IMG/VR virus record: IMGVR_UViG_3300042935_001404
Length of the DNA stretch: 64,000 nucleotides
DNA from: a virus
Lineage: Duplodnaviria > Caudoviricetes
Strand: one strand, 5' to 3'
Part shown: positions 8,695 through 17,979 of the stretch, piece after piece
How positions within the stretch are numbered: position 1 is the first letter of the stretch
How the letters are laid out: each line of letters begins with the position of its first letter
The notes under the pieces: generated by a model
What the model saw: the letters and a program-made list of their open reading frames with translations, nothing else
What the model was told of the DNA's origin: nothing
Database searches by the model: none
Position numbers and translations under genes: made by a program

Positions 8695-9907
8695 TTAGTT
8701 CTGCAAATTCAGGCACGGCTGTTTCAAAAGTTTGTCCACGGCTACGATCAAGGCCGCGAGTGTAACGATGAAATTCCCGGAAGTGATGCTGTTGTCCTTC
8801 CATTGGTGTATTCAAAAAGTTCAACACAATTTCACAATGGTCTTTCCAGTAGCGTTGATGCCACGGCCCAATATCATCCCCTGTCACATACTTTGACAAT
8901 TTATCAGTAATTGCGATTTTAACAGCATCGGGCAAACTTTTCACACACAGCTGATATGGTAAGTGCAACATGTTAAAGTTAGTGCCCAGCCCTTTCTTTG
9001 CAAAGAAATCAAATATCTCATCCAGATAATACACATTCAAACTGTTGACAGTGATACACACGCTAAATTGAAAGTTTTTGTTTGTGCGTTGTGCCTGTAG
9101 GAATCGTTCAAGATTGGCGGAAACCAGATCCCAGGTACTAGAATAGCGAACATATCCACACCTATCTTCAATGTCATCAATGCTGAGATCAAAATAAACT
9201 CGTTTAAATTGCTTTAACAAATTTTCTAACTCATCATTCCAGACAGTGCCATTGGTGCTAAAATGTAGGTCTATGTTTTTTGCAGTGCCTTGATCCACAG
9301 CAGCCTGTAGCACGTCAAAGTTCTTTTTGATCAGCATGGGCTCTGCACCGTAGTAGTCAATGTACACTGCATTAGGCACCCACTTGCTCATGGTGTTCCA
9401 GAGGTCTTGATTGTTGTCGCTGTAACTGGCAGGAATTCTGCGCCAGCGTTTGAGATACTCTGGGTAAGAAACGCCTTCTGCGGGCTGTGCTGCCAATTCC
9501 CAATCTTCACGATACCATTGACTGGACACTTCTGGGTTACAGGTTCTGCATTTCATGTTGCAGGTGTTGCCCATTTTTAGGTCCAGTATTTGCGGTTGAT
9601 CATCACGGTCAGTCACTGGATGATTCATGCTGTTGTGCCACTGTCTGCGTGACTTTTTGCCGGCGTGTTCATCGTCCCAGCAGGCCTGACAACTGGCATG
9701 CTCTTGATTGTTTTCCAACGATTCTTGTATTTCTCTGCGTGTAGGGCTTGTCCATGCTTGTTCTAACGTGTGGGTGTCTAGATATATCTGCTCACCCTGT
9801 GCATCTTCCAGGTATTTTCTACTGTGACAGCACAGATATGTTCTTCCAGAATTGTGCAGGCCCAGGCCTTTGTCGGCTAAAATACAGTATAAATTACTTT
9901 GTTTCAT
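8633..9907 (-). CDS. Radical SAM/SPASM-twitch protein
   Basis: YLCCH...CQAC; GNTCNMKCRTC; YGAEPM. Confidence 0.9.
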   Translation of the reverse strand: MKQSNLYCILADKGLGLHNSGRTYLCCHSRKYLEDAQGEQIYLDTHTLEQAWTSPTRREIQESLENNQEHASCQACWDDEHAGKKSRRQWHNSMNHPVTDRDDQPQILDLKMGNTCNMKCRTCNPEVSSQWYREDWELAAQPAEGVSYPEYLKRWRRIPASYSDNNQDLWNTMSKWVPNAVYIDYYGAEPMLIKKNFDVLQAAVDQGTAKNIDLHFSTNGTVWNDELENLLKQFKRVYFDLSIDDIEDRCGYVRYSSTWDLVSANLERFLQAQRTNKNFQFSVCITVNSLNVYYLDEIFDFFAKKGLGTNFNMLHLPYQLCVKSLPDAVKIAITDKLSKYVTGDDIGPWHQRYWKDHCEIVLNFLNTPMEGQQHHFREFHRYTRGLDRSRGQTFETAVPEFAELITPWFAPLDQLLVVDSPVSK

Positions 9908-9948
9908 ATATTGATTTATGATAAGTAAACAACAACGGAAAAAGAATC

Positions 9949-11535
9949 ATGCGTGACCTACTTAATTTACTTGACAATGTATTAACTGAAGAAAATCTAG
10001 CGGCTAAGGAAATACCCTCTAGAAAAATGTCTGCATTTATAGATCCCAAAACTAAAAAACAATTGAACCGTTCAGAGTTATTCTTGTGGAAAGTTAAAAA
10101 TGCATCACCTTTTGAACTGGTAGGTGGAGGAACAGTTACCATTAATCCCAAAGAGGCACAAAAAATTGCAACTTGGCTTGCTACCGGTCCTTCTGGTACT
10201 ATAGCAATGGCCACGTCAGATGGCGGTACAGTAAAAAATACTCAACTACAAAAAACTGTAGAATTTGGCAGCAAGGAAGCAGAGAACATCAAAATCAAAC
10301 CCAGTGATATTTTTCAAACAGATGAAAAAACTGAAATTGCTGATTTAGGCAACAATATTGATGCACTATTACAGGCTGGCGGATTTCCAGCATCAGAGAT
10401 GTATGACAAAATTGCCAATAATCCTGCTCTAGTAAAAATGGGAAAAATAGGAGATGCAGTAATTTACATGGCCAATCAGGCCAACAACGGTCAAGTGCCG
10501 ACATTCCCAAACAATCTCAATCAAGATCAAATCAAAGCAATTGAACTGTATGCCAGTGAATATCTTGGTGCGCTAGGACTGGTCACTGGTGGAGTACCAT
10601 TCATGCGTGGATCTCGAGAAGAGTTTGAAGGATTCGTGGGCGGTGATCTCAAAGACATGATTATGTTTTTCCCCAAAGCATCAAACAATCCCTTGGCCGA
10701 CAGTTTTAGTGTAGTTAATGACGAAACTGGTCATGCTGTTAAAATTTCTAGCAAAGCTGCCGGCAAAGGAGCACCCCCGAGCCTAGGCAGTATGAAATTC
10801 CCAGATGATATTAAGAAAAAATATCCGGAGGCTACACAATTTTTGAATAAAGCACAAGATGCATCTTTAAGTGCATTCACTCAACCATTTGCGTTGATGA
10901 ACTATCTGTACGAAATCAACCCTAACAAAATTCCCAAAGCATATCGCGGGTTAATGCCATTTACCCCAGCATTGGTCAGCCAACTTGAAAACAACATGAA
11001 AGGTGGCAAACCTATACCACGATCTATCATGAAACAGTTTGAAAAACAACTAAATCCCAAAGTTCGTGATGGCTCAGCCACTGACGGTGGCAAAGCATGG
11101 TATGCTGTGATTCAAGACATGATGCGAGCAGTTAACGCCGATCGTGCTGTGCCGGAACTACGTGCCGCATTGATTGAAAGTTTAGGTTACAACTTTGTTC
11201 AGTTATATACCAATGCCAAAGGTAACAAATTAGTAACACAAGCGTTTTGGCCTGCAAAAATTTCCGGGCAAGTTAAACTTAAATCTAAGGGATCTGCTGG
11301 AGAACTCAAAGGCAAAATGAGTGTGGAAATATCTCCCGGTGGCGAAGACTTGTACGATCCTTATAATCTTGACGACACACGTGGTGATCTTGGTGGCGTG
11401 ACCTACACTGACGACACTGAAAAACTAGATGATATTGAAAATCAACGTTCCGGAGTCACTGCGGCAGCCGGCGGCATAGAAAAAACTAAACAATTAGGAA
11501 ACGATAAAACGCTGGGACGCAAGCGCCAGCGTTAA
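9949..11535 (+). CDS. Putative PD-(D/E)xK nuclease-like protein, possibly virion-packaged
   Basis: E-YLG...NPLADS...KISSK motif; N-terminus MRDLLNLLDNVLTEE; ATAAGTA late-like motif upstream. Confidence 0.5.
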   Translation: MRDLLNLLDNVLTEENLAAKEIPSRKMSAFIDPKTKKQLNRSELFLWKVKNASPFELVGGGTVTINPKEAQKIATWLATGPSGTIAMATSDGGTVKNTQLQKTVEFGSKEAENIKIKPSDIFQTDEKTEIADLGNNIDALLQAGGFPASEMYDKIANNPALVKMGKIGDAVIYMANQANNGQVPTFPNNLNQDQIKAIELYASEYLGALGLVTGGVPFMRGSREEFEGFVGGDLKDMIMFFPKASNNPLADSFSVVNDETGHAVKISSKAAGKGAPPSLGSMKFPDDIKKKYPEATQFLNKAQDASLSAFTQPFALMNYLYEINPNKIPKAYRGLMPFTPALVSQLENNMKGGKPIPRSIMKQFEKQLNPKVRDGSATDGGKAWYAVIQDMMRAVNADRAVPELRAALIESLGYNFVQLYTNAKGNKLVTQAFWPAKISGQVKLKSKGSAGELKGKMSVEISPGGEDLYDPYNLDDTRGDLGGVTYTDDTEKLDDIENQRSGVTAAAGGIEKTKQLGNDKTLGRKRQR

Positions 11536-12107
11536 CGATTCAGTACGGAGATGTTGTCGCAGATGCCAAGCTTCAAGGCTTCTTCTGCACTGAGATACAC
11601 ATCGTGTGCCGGCAACAAGGTTCGTTTAATTTCTTCTTCTGATAATCCTGTACACTGCACATAGTGTGCAACCATGCGCTTTTGTGTAAGATCAAACTCT
11701 TTCATTGTGGCCATCAACTCATGATGCTTGCCATCATTGCCCCAGGCATACTGATGACTCATGATACTAGTGTTGGGCGTTAGTGTTCTGCGTCCGGGTG
11801 ATCCTGCCAAAAAGATCAACAATCCAGCACTGGCAATCTGACCCAGACCCACAGTCTTAATGAATATGTTGGAACTACGCATCACGTCAATTAGGGCAAA
11901 GGCCGCACTCATGTCCCCGCCCTCTGAACAGATCATCAACAACAGTTCTTTGCGTTTTCTTTTTGTAACAAAGTTCTCGTGCAGAATCCATTCGATCGCA
12001 GGCTTTATACTTTCATGGTCTACTTCTCCCATGAAAACATACATACCATTATCTGCCAACGCTTGTGTGTGGTCTTTTACGGTGTCAAAATCTTGCTGTG
12101 TGGCCAT
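11532..12107 (-). CDS. clpP: ClpP-family protease, divergent paralog 2
   Basis: ICSEGG, GQIASAG (Ser), IMSHQ (His), DVYLSAEEALKLGICD. Confidence 0.85.
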   Translation of the reverse strand: MATQQDFDTVKDHTQALADNGMYVFMGEVDHESIKPAIEWILHENFVTKRKRKELLLMICSEGGDMSAAFALIDVMRSSNIFIKTVGLGQIASAGLLIFLAGSPGRRTLTPNTSIMSHQYAWGNDGKHHELMATMKEFDLTQKRMVAHYVQCTGLSEEEIKRTLLPAHDVYLSAEEALKLGICDNISVLNR

Positions 12108-12198
12108 GTTTAAATCAGTTAATTTGTGTGTGTTCAGTATTATACTACTGAACTGTCAAGATGCACAATTACTTATGGCGCAATGTTGGCGCCAAAAA

Positions 12199-13266
12199 TT
12201 AACAATTTGGACCGCGAACTATGGCTATTTTAACCTGATCTAAGTTGGCTGTGGGCAAACGGCTGAGATCAATAAATGTATTAAATCTTTTGACTGCTCG
12301 GCCATTAATTGCCACTTGGTCATGGGTCTGATTTACATAGTACCAAGCAGAATGATCGCGATGGTCCAGTTCTTTGGCATAAAAACACTGTTTGAATTGC
12401 TCAGTTCCTGCGGTGTCCACAATGGCAACTCGTATAGTAGGCTGGCTTTGGATCATCTCTTTACGTACCATTTGGTCAGCAACTGTATCGTTAAACCAAG
12501 TTTGGGTGGTTGAGCCAAACCCAGGGCGTACAACATCAATCTGGGATGACACACCTCTACATCCAAACAAGCCGCCACAATCGGAACGTTGGTTTATTGC
12601 AGTCAGTGCTTCGGCAACACTTTCAAGGTACTCTTTACTCCATGATAACCAAAACGCCACTTCTAATTGTCCTGTCCTGTTGGCATCAAATAAGACTTGT
12701 GTTTTATCCAATTCGATTACAAACGCTCTTTTGGGATAGTCAGTCAAGACAGATTTAAGCAACCTATCTCCTGAGGTTCTTTCGTGCTGTAGTGTTTGTA
12801 TCTGTGTGCCGATACGCCCACCTTCTACTACACCAACAGCGGCAGATCGATTTAGCAAACGGTTGGCAATTTTACTGGGACGCACCCATACCTTCATGTT
12901 GACCAGCACTCGATTACCTACTCTTTGCTGTTCAACAACTTCGAATCGATCCACATAGCCACTGGCATAGGTAATGATTTCATCTCGGGCAATACGATCG
13001 TTTCGTACTTCTGTTTCGGAAGCAACAACTGTGCCGACTGCATGTTCAACTGCCAATCTGAAACCTTGCTGCCTAGCCTGGTCTATTGTGATGCCTTCGC
13101 CGATCACTTCAACATACAACACCTTTTCAGTGGAGGTTTCATAGATCCAACGGGCCACAGTTATGCCTGTGCCAATGGGACTGCGAAGTACATCTGCAAT
13201 AGTGATACCTTGTGCGGCAGTCACGACCACAACAGTGCTGACTGCGACGAGTAAACGTTTTAGCAT
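12199..13266 (-). CDS. Exported protein with LPP20/FlgT-N-like domain
   Basis: Signal-peptide-like N-terminus; G-G...ARQQGFRLAVEHAVG...SET...I...SGYV. Confidence 0.55.
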   Translation of the reverse strand: MLKRLLVAVSTVVVVTAAQGITIADVLRSPIGTGITVARWIYETSTEKVLYVEVIGEGITIDQARQQGFRLAVEHAVGTVVASETEVRNDRIARDEIITYASGYVDRFEVVEQQRVGNRVLVNMKVWVRPSKIANRLLNRSAAVGVVEGGRIGTQIQTLQHERTSGDRLLKSVLTDYPKRAFVIELDKTQVLFDANRTGQLEVAFWLSWSKEYLESVAEALTAINQRSDCGGLFGCRGVSSQIDVVRPGFGSTTQTWFNDTVADQMVRKEMIQSQPTIRVAIVDTAGTEQFKQCFYAKELDHRDHSAWYYVNQTHDQVAINGRAVKRFNTFIDLSRLPTANLDQVKIAIVRGPNC

Positions 13267-13267
13267 G

Positions 13268-13960
13268 TTATTGCATCATTAGGCCACGTACCACTGGGCG
13301 AACTGCATTGGATTTTTTGTCCCAACGATACACCACCCGGACGTTTTTACCACTGTTGATCACCTCACCTTTGACCAGATACAAGCCTGACAAGATACCT
13401 GCATTTTGTGTGGTGATGGTGTTGTTGACTGTGCTGGCAATTCTCAACGCATCGTTGCGAACAGCAGTATTATCTTCTTTAGAAGTACTGCCGGTATTCC
13501 GTTGCGGATTTAAATCCGCGGCCACGTCTGTGTCATCTGTGGACTTGATAGCATTGGTGGTAAAGTTGTTTTTCTTGTTGTCGTTGGCCTGCTCCAGGTT
13601 GCTACTGATCATACGCACAGATGTCCGACTTGTGATGTTTTCTCGATTGATAAAGTCGTTAAGACTTTTCTTGGCTTCAAGTTCAGCCACACGGAATGAT
13701 TCACGTATGGCGTTTTGACTATTGCCCCACACAGGTGCATAGCCAATGACTTCAATGCTTTCAACGTTGCCCGAGAATGTGCCATACTTGATACTAACAC
13801 CAAGACGAGTAAAGTCGTTAGTAGCTGTTTGCTCACTGATTGGTGCAGTGGCATTGGCACCAGGTGCAACGCCGGAGTTCTGGCTCAGCGGATTGGAACT
13901 ACATCCAGTTAACATTACCAGCACAGCCACGGCTGTGGCAGATAAAATACGATTCTTCAT
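13268..13960 (-). CDS. Lipoprotein (LPP20-like)
   Basis: Lipobox LTGC; G-Y-A...AFRVAELEAKKSL pattern. Confidence 0.7.
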   Translation of the reverse strand: MKNRILSATAVAVLVMLTGCSSNPLSQNSGVAPGANATAPISEQTATNDFTRLGVSIKYGTFSGNVESIEVIGYAPVWGNSQNAIRESFRVAELEAKKSLNDFINRENITSRTSVRMISSNLEQANDNKKNNFTTNAIKSTDDTDVAADLNPQRNTGSTSKEDNTAVRNDALRIASTVNNTITTQNAGILSGLYLVKGEVINSGKNVRVVYRWDKKSNAVRPVVRGLMMQ

Positions 13961-14088
13961 TTCGCTTCCTTTTGTGTCTTTTTCTGGTTAACCGATACGG
14001 TTTGTTTACACCCAAGAAAAATCCAGTTCATGTGTGTATTGTACACGAACTGGATTAATTGGTCAATGCCTTTTGGGCCAAACGGATA

Positions 14089-14367
14089 TTATTTGGCTTT
14101 GGGCTGAGTAGTTTGGTAAGCCTTCATGATGCCTTCACCAAACTTGGTGTAGTCAAATTTCATTGCTTCTTGCATGGCTTTGGTAGATTCGGAAACCAAA
14201 GTAGTTATGGTTTCGGAACCGACTTTGGCGGCTTTTTTGGTATAATTGGCCTGCTCATCAATGAACGTGTTCATTGCGTCTGCTACCTTTTCATTTTGGA
14301 CAAATGTCTTAACGAATTGTTTTTTGCTGTTTTGTACAGCGTCGATTGATGCGTCTAGTGTAAACAT
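14089..14367 (-). CDS. Phasin-like protein (PHA granule-associated)
   Basis: 92-aa amphipathic helical protein (DAVQNSKKQFVKTF...FIDEQANYTK); strong leader and RBS; assignment by resemblance. Confidence 0.55.
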   Translation of the reverse strand: MFTLDASIDAVQNSKKQFVKTFVQNEKVADAMNTFIDEQANYTKKAAKVGSETITTLVSESTKAMQEAMKFDYTKFGEGIMKAYQTTQPKAK

Positions 14368-14422
14368 AATTTTCTCCTATTAAGCGAGTTTACTATAAGG
14401 CCCGACCTATTCAGCACCTTAT
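14368..14422 (-). promoter_or_regulatory. Conserved structured leader (bulged-G hairpin + AACTYGCTTA + SD), copy 1
   Basis: ATAAGG-TGC-TGA ATAGG TCG-GG-CCTTAT ... AAACTCGCTTAATAGGAGAAAA. Confidence 0.7.
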
Positions 14423-14436
14423 GTTCTATTGTAACA

Positions 14437-14456
14437 TTATTTATGTTGCAACGCAA
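14437..14456 (-). promoter_or_regulatory. 20-bp operator plus late promoter, copy 1
   Basis: TTGCGTTGCAACATAAATAA on minus strand, identical to 43909-43928. Confidence 0.85.
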
Positions 14457-14502
14457 CATCATTTGGTATTTTTATTAGTGAATGGTCACTAAATAGTATA
14501 AT

Positions 14503-16155
14503 ATGATTATTTTTACACCAACACGAGCAGACAATAGATCAAATCCGTATCTTTTTCATGTCACATCAGAAATTGGAAAACTTCACGGATTAAAATTTTT
14601 ACCCACAGTGACTTATCCAAATCAAGCATGGACGCAGAAGTCGGCCAAACGAGCCCTGGCTGATCCCAATTCTGTGATTGAATTTAAAGACTGGGCACAC
14701 ATTGATTTTTTTAAGCACAGCAAACGAAAAAAAATAATATTTTTAGATCAATTTTTTATACACAACTACTACAAAAGAGATGTTGGCGGCGTTCATGCAT
14801 TAAATCCAGACCAATACTTTCCAAGACCACGTGATCATGCACCCAGCCCGGCAATTGATCGTTATCCCGATCGGATTGACTACAGCTGGGCCGATCTGAT
14901 AATTTGTGTACAAGAAGAAAATCTATCAGGACCTGAATGGCTTGAGTTTTTCAACAATCCTGGAGCCTATTTTCACACCGACTCGGACCGTGTGATATCC
15001 ATAGTGTCTGGCCTAAACTCTGACCTGTCATATCAAAATGTCTTTCCTCCCAACGTGTTACGTGTGCCGCTGAATTTCTGGTGTGCGTGGGTCACAGCCT
15101 GCAATACACCTGTAGAATACAATGCTGACTATGACAGACCTTACAAATTTGAAGCCTTGTTGGGCGGGTCAAAAGAAAATAGACAATTTGTTTTTCACAA
15201 GCTGAAAAAACACAATCTGCTAGAGCACGGTCTGATCAGTATCAGTGCTCAGACATTCAGATCTCCTACTGACCGCCGTTATCACGATGATTTTTATCGC
15301 AGTCCGGATCTAGATAAGTATGACAACAAAGAAATGTTGGTCCTGCGAAAGGATAGTCGTAAAGGCAATTGGATAGCACACACCACTGGCGCCGCAAGAA
15401 TTTATAACTTTCCACTGGGCAACGAAAAATCTACAACGCATGTTGGTCCGTATGCAAGTTTTTTTATACCACATCGCGTTTACCAAGAATCGTGGTTCAG
15501 CATTGTGGCCGAAAGTATTGTTACAAACTGTGACTTTTATACAGAAAAAACTGCCAAAGCCCTGTTGGGTCGTAGAGTCTTTATTACATTTGGGCCACAG
15601 CACAGCCTGAAAGTGCTCAGAGACAATGGGTTTAAAACTTTTGGTGCGTGGATAGACGAAAGCTATGACGACGAGCCCGACGACGAAATTAGATGGGGTC
15701 TGGCTTTTGAACAGGTTGTTCGATTGATTAATCACCCCAGTTTAAAATCATTACATGTTCAAGCACAAGCAGTGCTTGAACATAATTATCAGTTGGTATC
15801 TGATCAACGATCAATGCTAAAACCCATTGACGACTTTATTCAATCGTTTTTAAATGGTACTGCGCCCAGCTGTGTTGGATCGGTGCCAATGAAACAAAAC
15901 TGGACTCCTGCACAACAGCTGGCAGCAACAAAAAAACATCATCCTGTTCAAATTGAACAGGATTCTCCCGGTGCGGCATTTGCACCCTACTCGCCGGAGA
16001 TACTGCAGGGAACTATTATACGTTCAAAAAATACCACTGTGGTGCAACCTATTGTTATTCAACCAACTCGACGGTTCAATGATCGTGCTATACTACAAGC
16101 TCTGGAGCAGGCACGAGCTGAAACAGCAAAAAAACGGCAAGGATTGGGCCGTTAA
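14503..16155 (+). CDS. Putative glycosyltransferase-like protein (GT10-like C-terminal motif)
   Basis: FSIVAES...FYTEKTAKALL...GFKTF..WIDESYD. Confidence 0.5.
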   Translation: MIIFTPTRADNRSNPYLFHVTSEIGKLHGLKFLPTVTYPNQAWTQKSAKRALADPNSVIEFKDWAHIDFFKHSKRKKIIFLDQFFIHNYYKRDVGGVHALNPDQYFPRPRDHAPSPAIDRYPDRIDYSWADLIICVQEENLSGPEWLEFFNNPGAYFHTDSDRVISIVSGLNSDLSYQNVFPPNVLRVPLNFWCAWVTACNTPVEYNADYDRPYKFEALLGGSKENRQFVFHKLKKHNLLEHGLISISAQTFRSPTDRRYHDDFYRSPDLDKYDNKEMLVLRKDSRKGNWIAHTTGAARIYNFPLGNEKSTTHVGPYASFFIPHRVYQESWFSIVAESIVTNCDFYTEKTAKALLGRRVFITFGPQHSLKVLRDNGFKTFGAWIDESYDDEPDDEIRWGLAFEQVVRLINHPSLKSLHVQAQAVLEHNYQLVSDQRSMLKPIDDFIQSFLNGTAPSCVGSVPMKQNWTPAQQLAATKKHHPVQIEQDSPGAAFAPYSPEILQGTIIRSKNTTVVQPIVIQPTRRFNDRAILQALEQARAETAKKRQGLGR

Positions 16156-16179
16156 CTAAATACTTGATAGGAGAACATT

Positions 16180-16389
16180 ATGTTTACAAAAATCAAAGAA
16201 TTCTTGTTTGGCAAACCTTCTGAATTAGAAGCACCATACAAGGTTGAGGCACCAGCACCTGCGGTAGAAACTAAACCTGCTCCTGTAGCAGAAACTAAGC
16301 CTGCTCCAGTTGCCAAGCCCAAGGCAACACCCAAGCCCAAACCGGCAGTCAGGCCAAAGGCACCTGCTAAACCTCGAGCACTAAAATAA
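16180..16389 (+). CDS. Small Pro/Ala/Lys-rich protein
   Basis: AGGAG RBS, CTAAATA late motif, PAPVAETK repeats. Confidence 0.75.
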   Translation: MFTKIKEFLFGKPSELEAPYKVEAPAPAVETKPAPVAETKPAPVAKPKATPKPKPAVRPKAPAKPRALK

Positions 16390-16412
16390 AAAGTCCCGAA
16401 AGGGACTTTTTT
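16389..16412. terminator. Bidirectional terminator
   Basis: AAAAGTCCC GAAA GGGACTTTT. Confidence 0.85.
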
Positions 16413-16566
16413 ATTGATGTGTTTTTTTGGGTAACTTTGGCCTGGCCTTTGGGCCAGTTTCTTTGGCCTTTTCTTGTGCATGTTCGGCAGCTGGACTAGT
16501 TTTATAAGGTGCTGGAACAGGTGCAACTGGTGGATGTCTGTGCGGTATTCGTTTAAACCAACTCAT
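16411..16566 (-). CDS. Small Pro/Lys-rich protein (51 aa, not in ORF track)
   Basis: My translation MSWFKRIPHRHPPVAPVPAPYKTSPAAEHAQEKAKETGPKARPKLPKKTHQ; GTAAATA late motif just upstream. Confidence 0.6.
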   Translation of the reverse strand: MSWFKRIPHRHPPVAPVPAPYKTSPAAEHAQEKAKETGPKARPKLPKKTHQ

Positions 16567-16609
16567 ACTGATATTTACGACCGTACGCAAATCATAATAG
16601 ACAAATAGA

Positions 16610-16627
16610 AAGCCCCTTCCGGGGCTT
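16610..16627 (-). terminator. pstS terminator
   Basis: AAGCCCC-4 nt loop-GGGGCTT. Confidence 0.7.
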
Positions 16628-16635
16628 GTTGTTGA

Positions 16636-17637
16636 TTACTTGATCTGTGTCCAAACACGTTCACGAATCTGTTTTGTCAGTGCATCTGGCAATGGTACAT
16701 AGTCCAAATCTACAGCATCTTTCTTGCCGTTCTTAAATGCCCAATCAAAGAACTTTAGCACTTCATCACTGGTAGCTTTGTTGGCAGGGTTCTTGTACAT
16801 GATGATGAAACTGGCTGAGCTTACTGGCCAAGCCGCAGGATTCTTTTGATCCACAATACTCAGGCCCATACCCGGAACACTGAACCAATCAGCACCATCT
16901 GCGGCAGCGGCAAATGTTAAGTCATCTGGACTGACATACCGGCCTGATTTATTTTGTAGTTGTAGGAATACCATGTTGTTCTTTTTAACATAAGCATACT
17001 CTACATAACCGATTGAACCTCGGATACGGTTCACATTGGCTGCAACACCTTCGTTGCCTTTGCCACCTACCGAGTTTGCCGCTGGCCATTTAACTGCGGC
17101 ACCGCGACCCACACGCTGGAGCCACTCAGGACTAACAGTAGCAAGATAGTCTGTCCAGTTGAATGTTGTTCCTGATCCATCAGCACGGTGTACAATGGTG
17201 ATAGGCTGATCTGGTAATTGTTTGCCTGGATTCAATGCTACAAGGCGAGGATCATTCCATTTAGAGATGTTGCCCATGAATACATCTGCCATAACAGGGC
17301 CAGTAATGCGTAGTTCACCTGGCTTAATGCCATCCAAGTTAACAACAGGAACTGTGCCGCCAATGATGGCAGGGAATTGAACTTGAGCATTCTTATCTAA
17401 GTTCTCCCCGCTTACCGGAGCATCGGTTGCACCAAAGTCTACAGTCTTTGCGTTGATTTGTCTAATGCCACCTGAACTACCAATACTCTGATAGTTTAAG
17501 CTGACCCCTGTGGCTTTCTTATATCCTTCGGCCCATTTAGAATAGATAGGCATTGGAAATGTAGCACCAGCACCTGTAATGTCTGCGTGTGCTGATACGG
17601 TTACCGCGGCTAATAAAATTGCTAATAGTTTGTTCAC
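16636..17637 (-). CDS. pstS: Phosphate ABC transporter substrate-binding protein
   Basis: ITGAGATFP, YQSIGSSGG, DFGATD, HRADGSGTT, GKGNEG. Confidence 0.97.
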   Translation of the reverse strand: MNKLLAILLAAVTVSAHADITGAGATFPMPIYSKWAEGYKKATGVSLNYQSIGSSGGIRQINAKTVDFGATDAPVSGENLDKNAQVQFPAIIGGTVPVVNLDGIKPGELRITGPVMADVFMGNISKWNDPRLVALNPGKQLPDQPITIVHRADGSGTTFNWTDYLATVSPEWLQRVGRGAAVKWPAANSVGGKGNEGVAANVNRIRGSIGYVEYAYVKKNNMVFLQLQNKSGRYVSPDDLTFAAAADGADWFSVPGMGLSIVDQKNPAAWPVSSASFIIMYKNPANKATSDEVLKFFDWAFKNGKKDAVDLDYVPLPDALTKQIRERVWTQIK

Positions 17638-17679
17638 TGTGTTCTCCTTGTTGTGACAAATTTATTTAAGGAGAATCAT

Positions 17680-17697
17680 GTTACAGTTTTGTTACAA
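17680..17697 (-). promoter_or_regulatory. Pho box upstream of pstS
   Basis: TTGTAAC-AAAA-CTGTAAC, 11-bp periodic direct repeat matching the PhoB consensus. Confidence 0.75.
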
Positions 17698-17979
17698 AAT
17701 CATGCGTAGCAAACCCACTGTGTCAATTGTGGTCAACAGTATATAGTTAGCCAGCATGCCAAAAGATTTCCTAGTATAACTAGCCCAAGCATAGAGGGCG
17801 CAACCAAGGATCCAAATAGGATACAACGTAAGTAAAGGGGGGTTGGGGACGGTAACTGCCATACTAATACTACACCCAATACTAATAGCCCAAGCAAGCA
17901 ACTCAATAGCAAAGCGAATCCTGTTAGACTTAAAATCATCTCGTATCCAGTCAAATGTGTTAAGCAATATATCGTTCAT
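17692..17979 (-). CDS. Small multi-TM membrane protein
   Basis: Three hydrophobic segments; start reassigned to MNDIL. Confidence 0.65.
   Translation of the reverse strand: MNDILLNTFDWIRDDFKSNRIRFAIELLAWAISIGCSISMAVTVPNPPLLTLYPIWILGCALYAWASYTRKSFGMLANYILLTTIDTVGLLRMIL

Noticed and set aside
16152-16526. 124-aa minus-strand ORF from the track
   Set aside because: It crosses the terminator and overlaps 16180..16389 antisense; the alternative frame 16411..16566 has a late promoter and a clean stop
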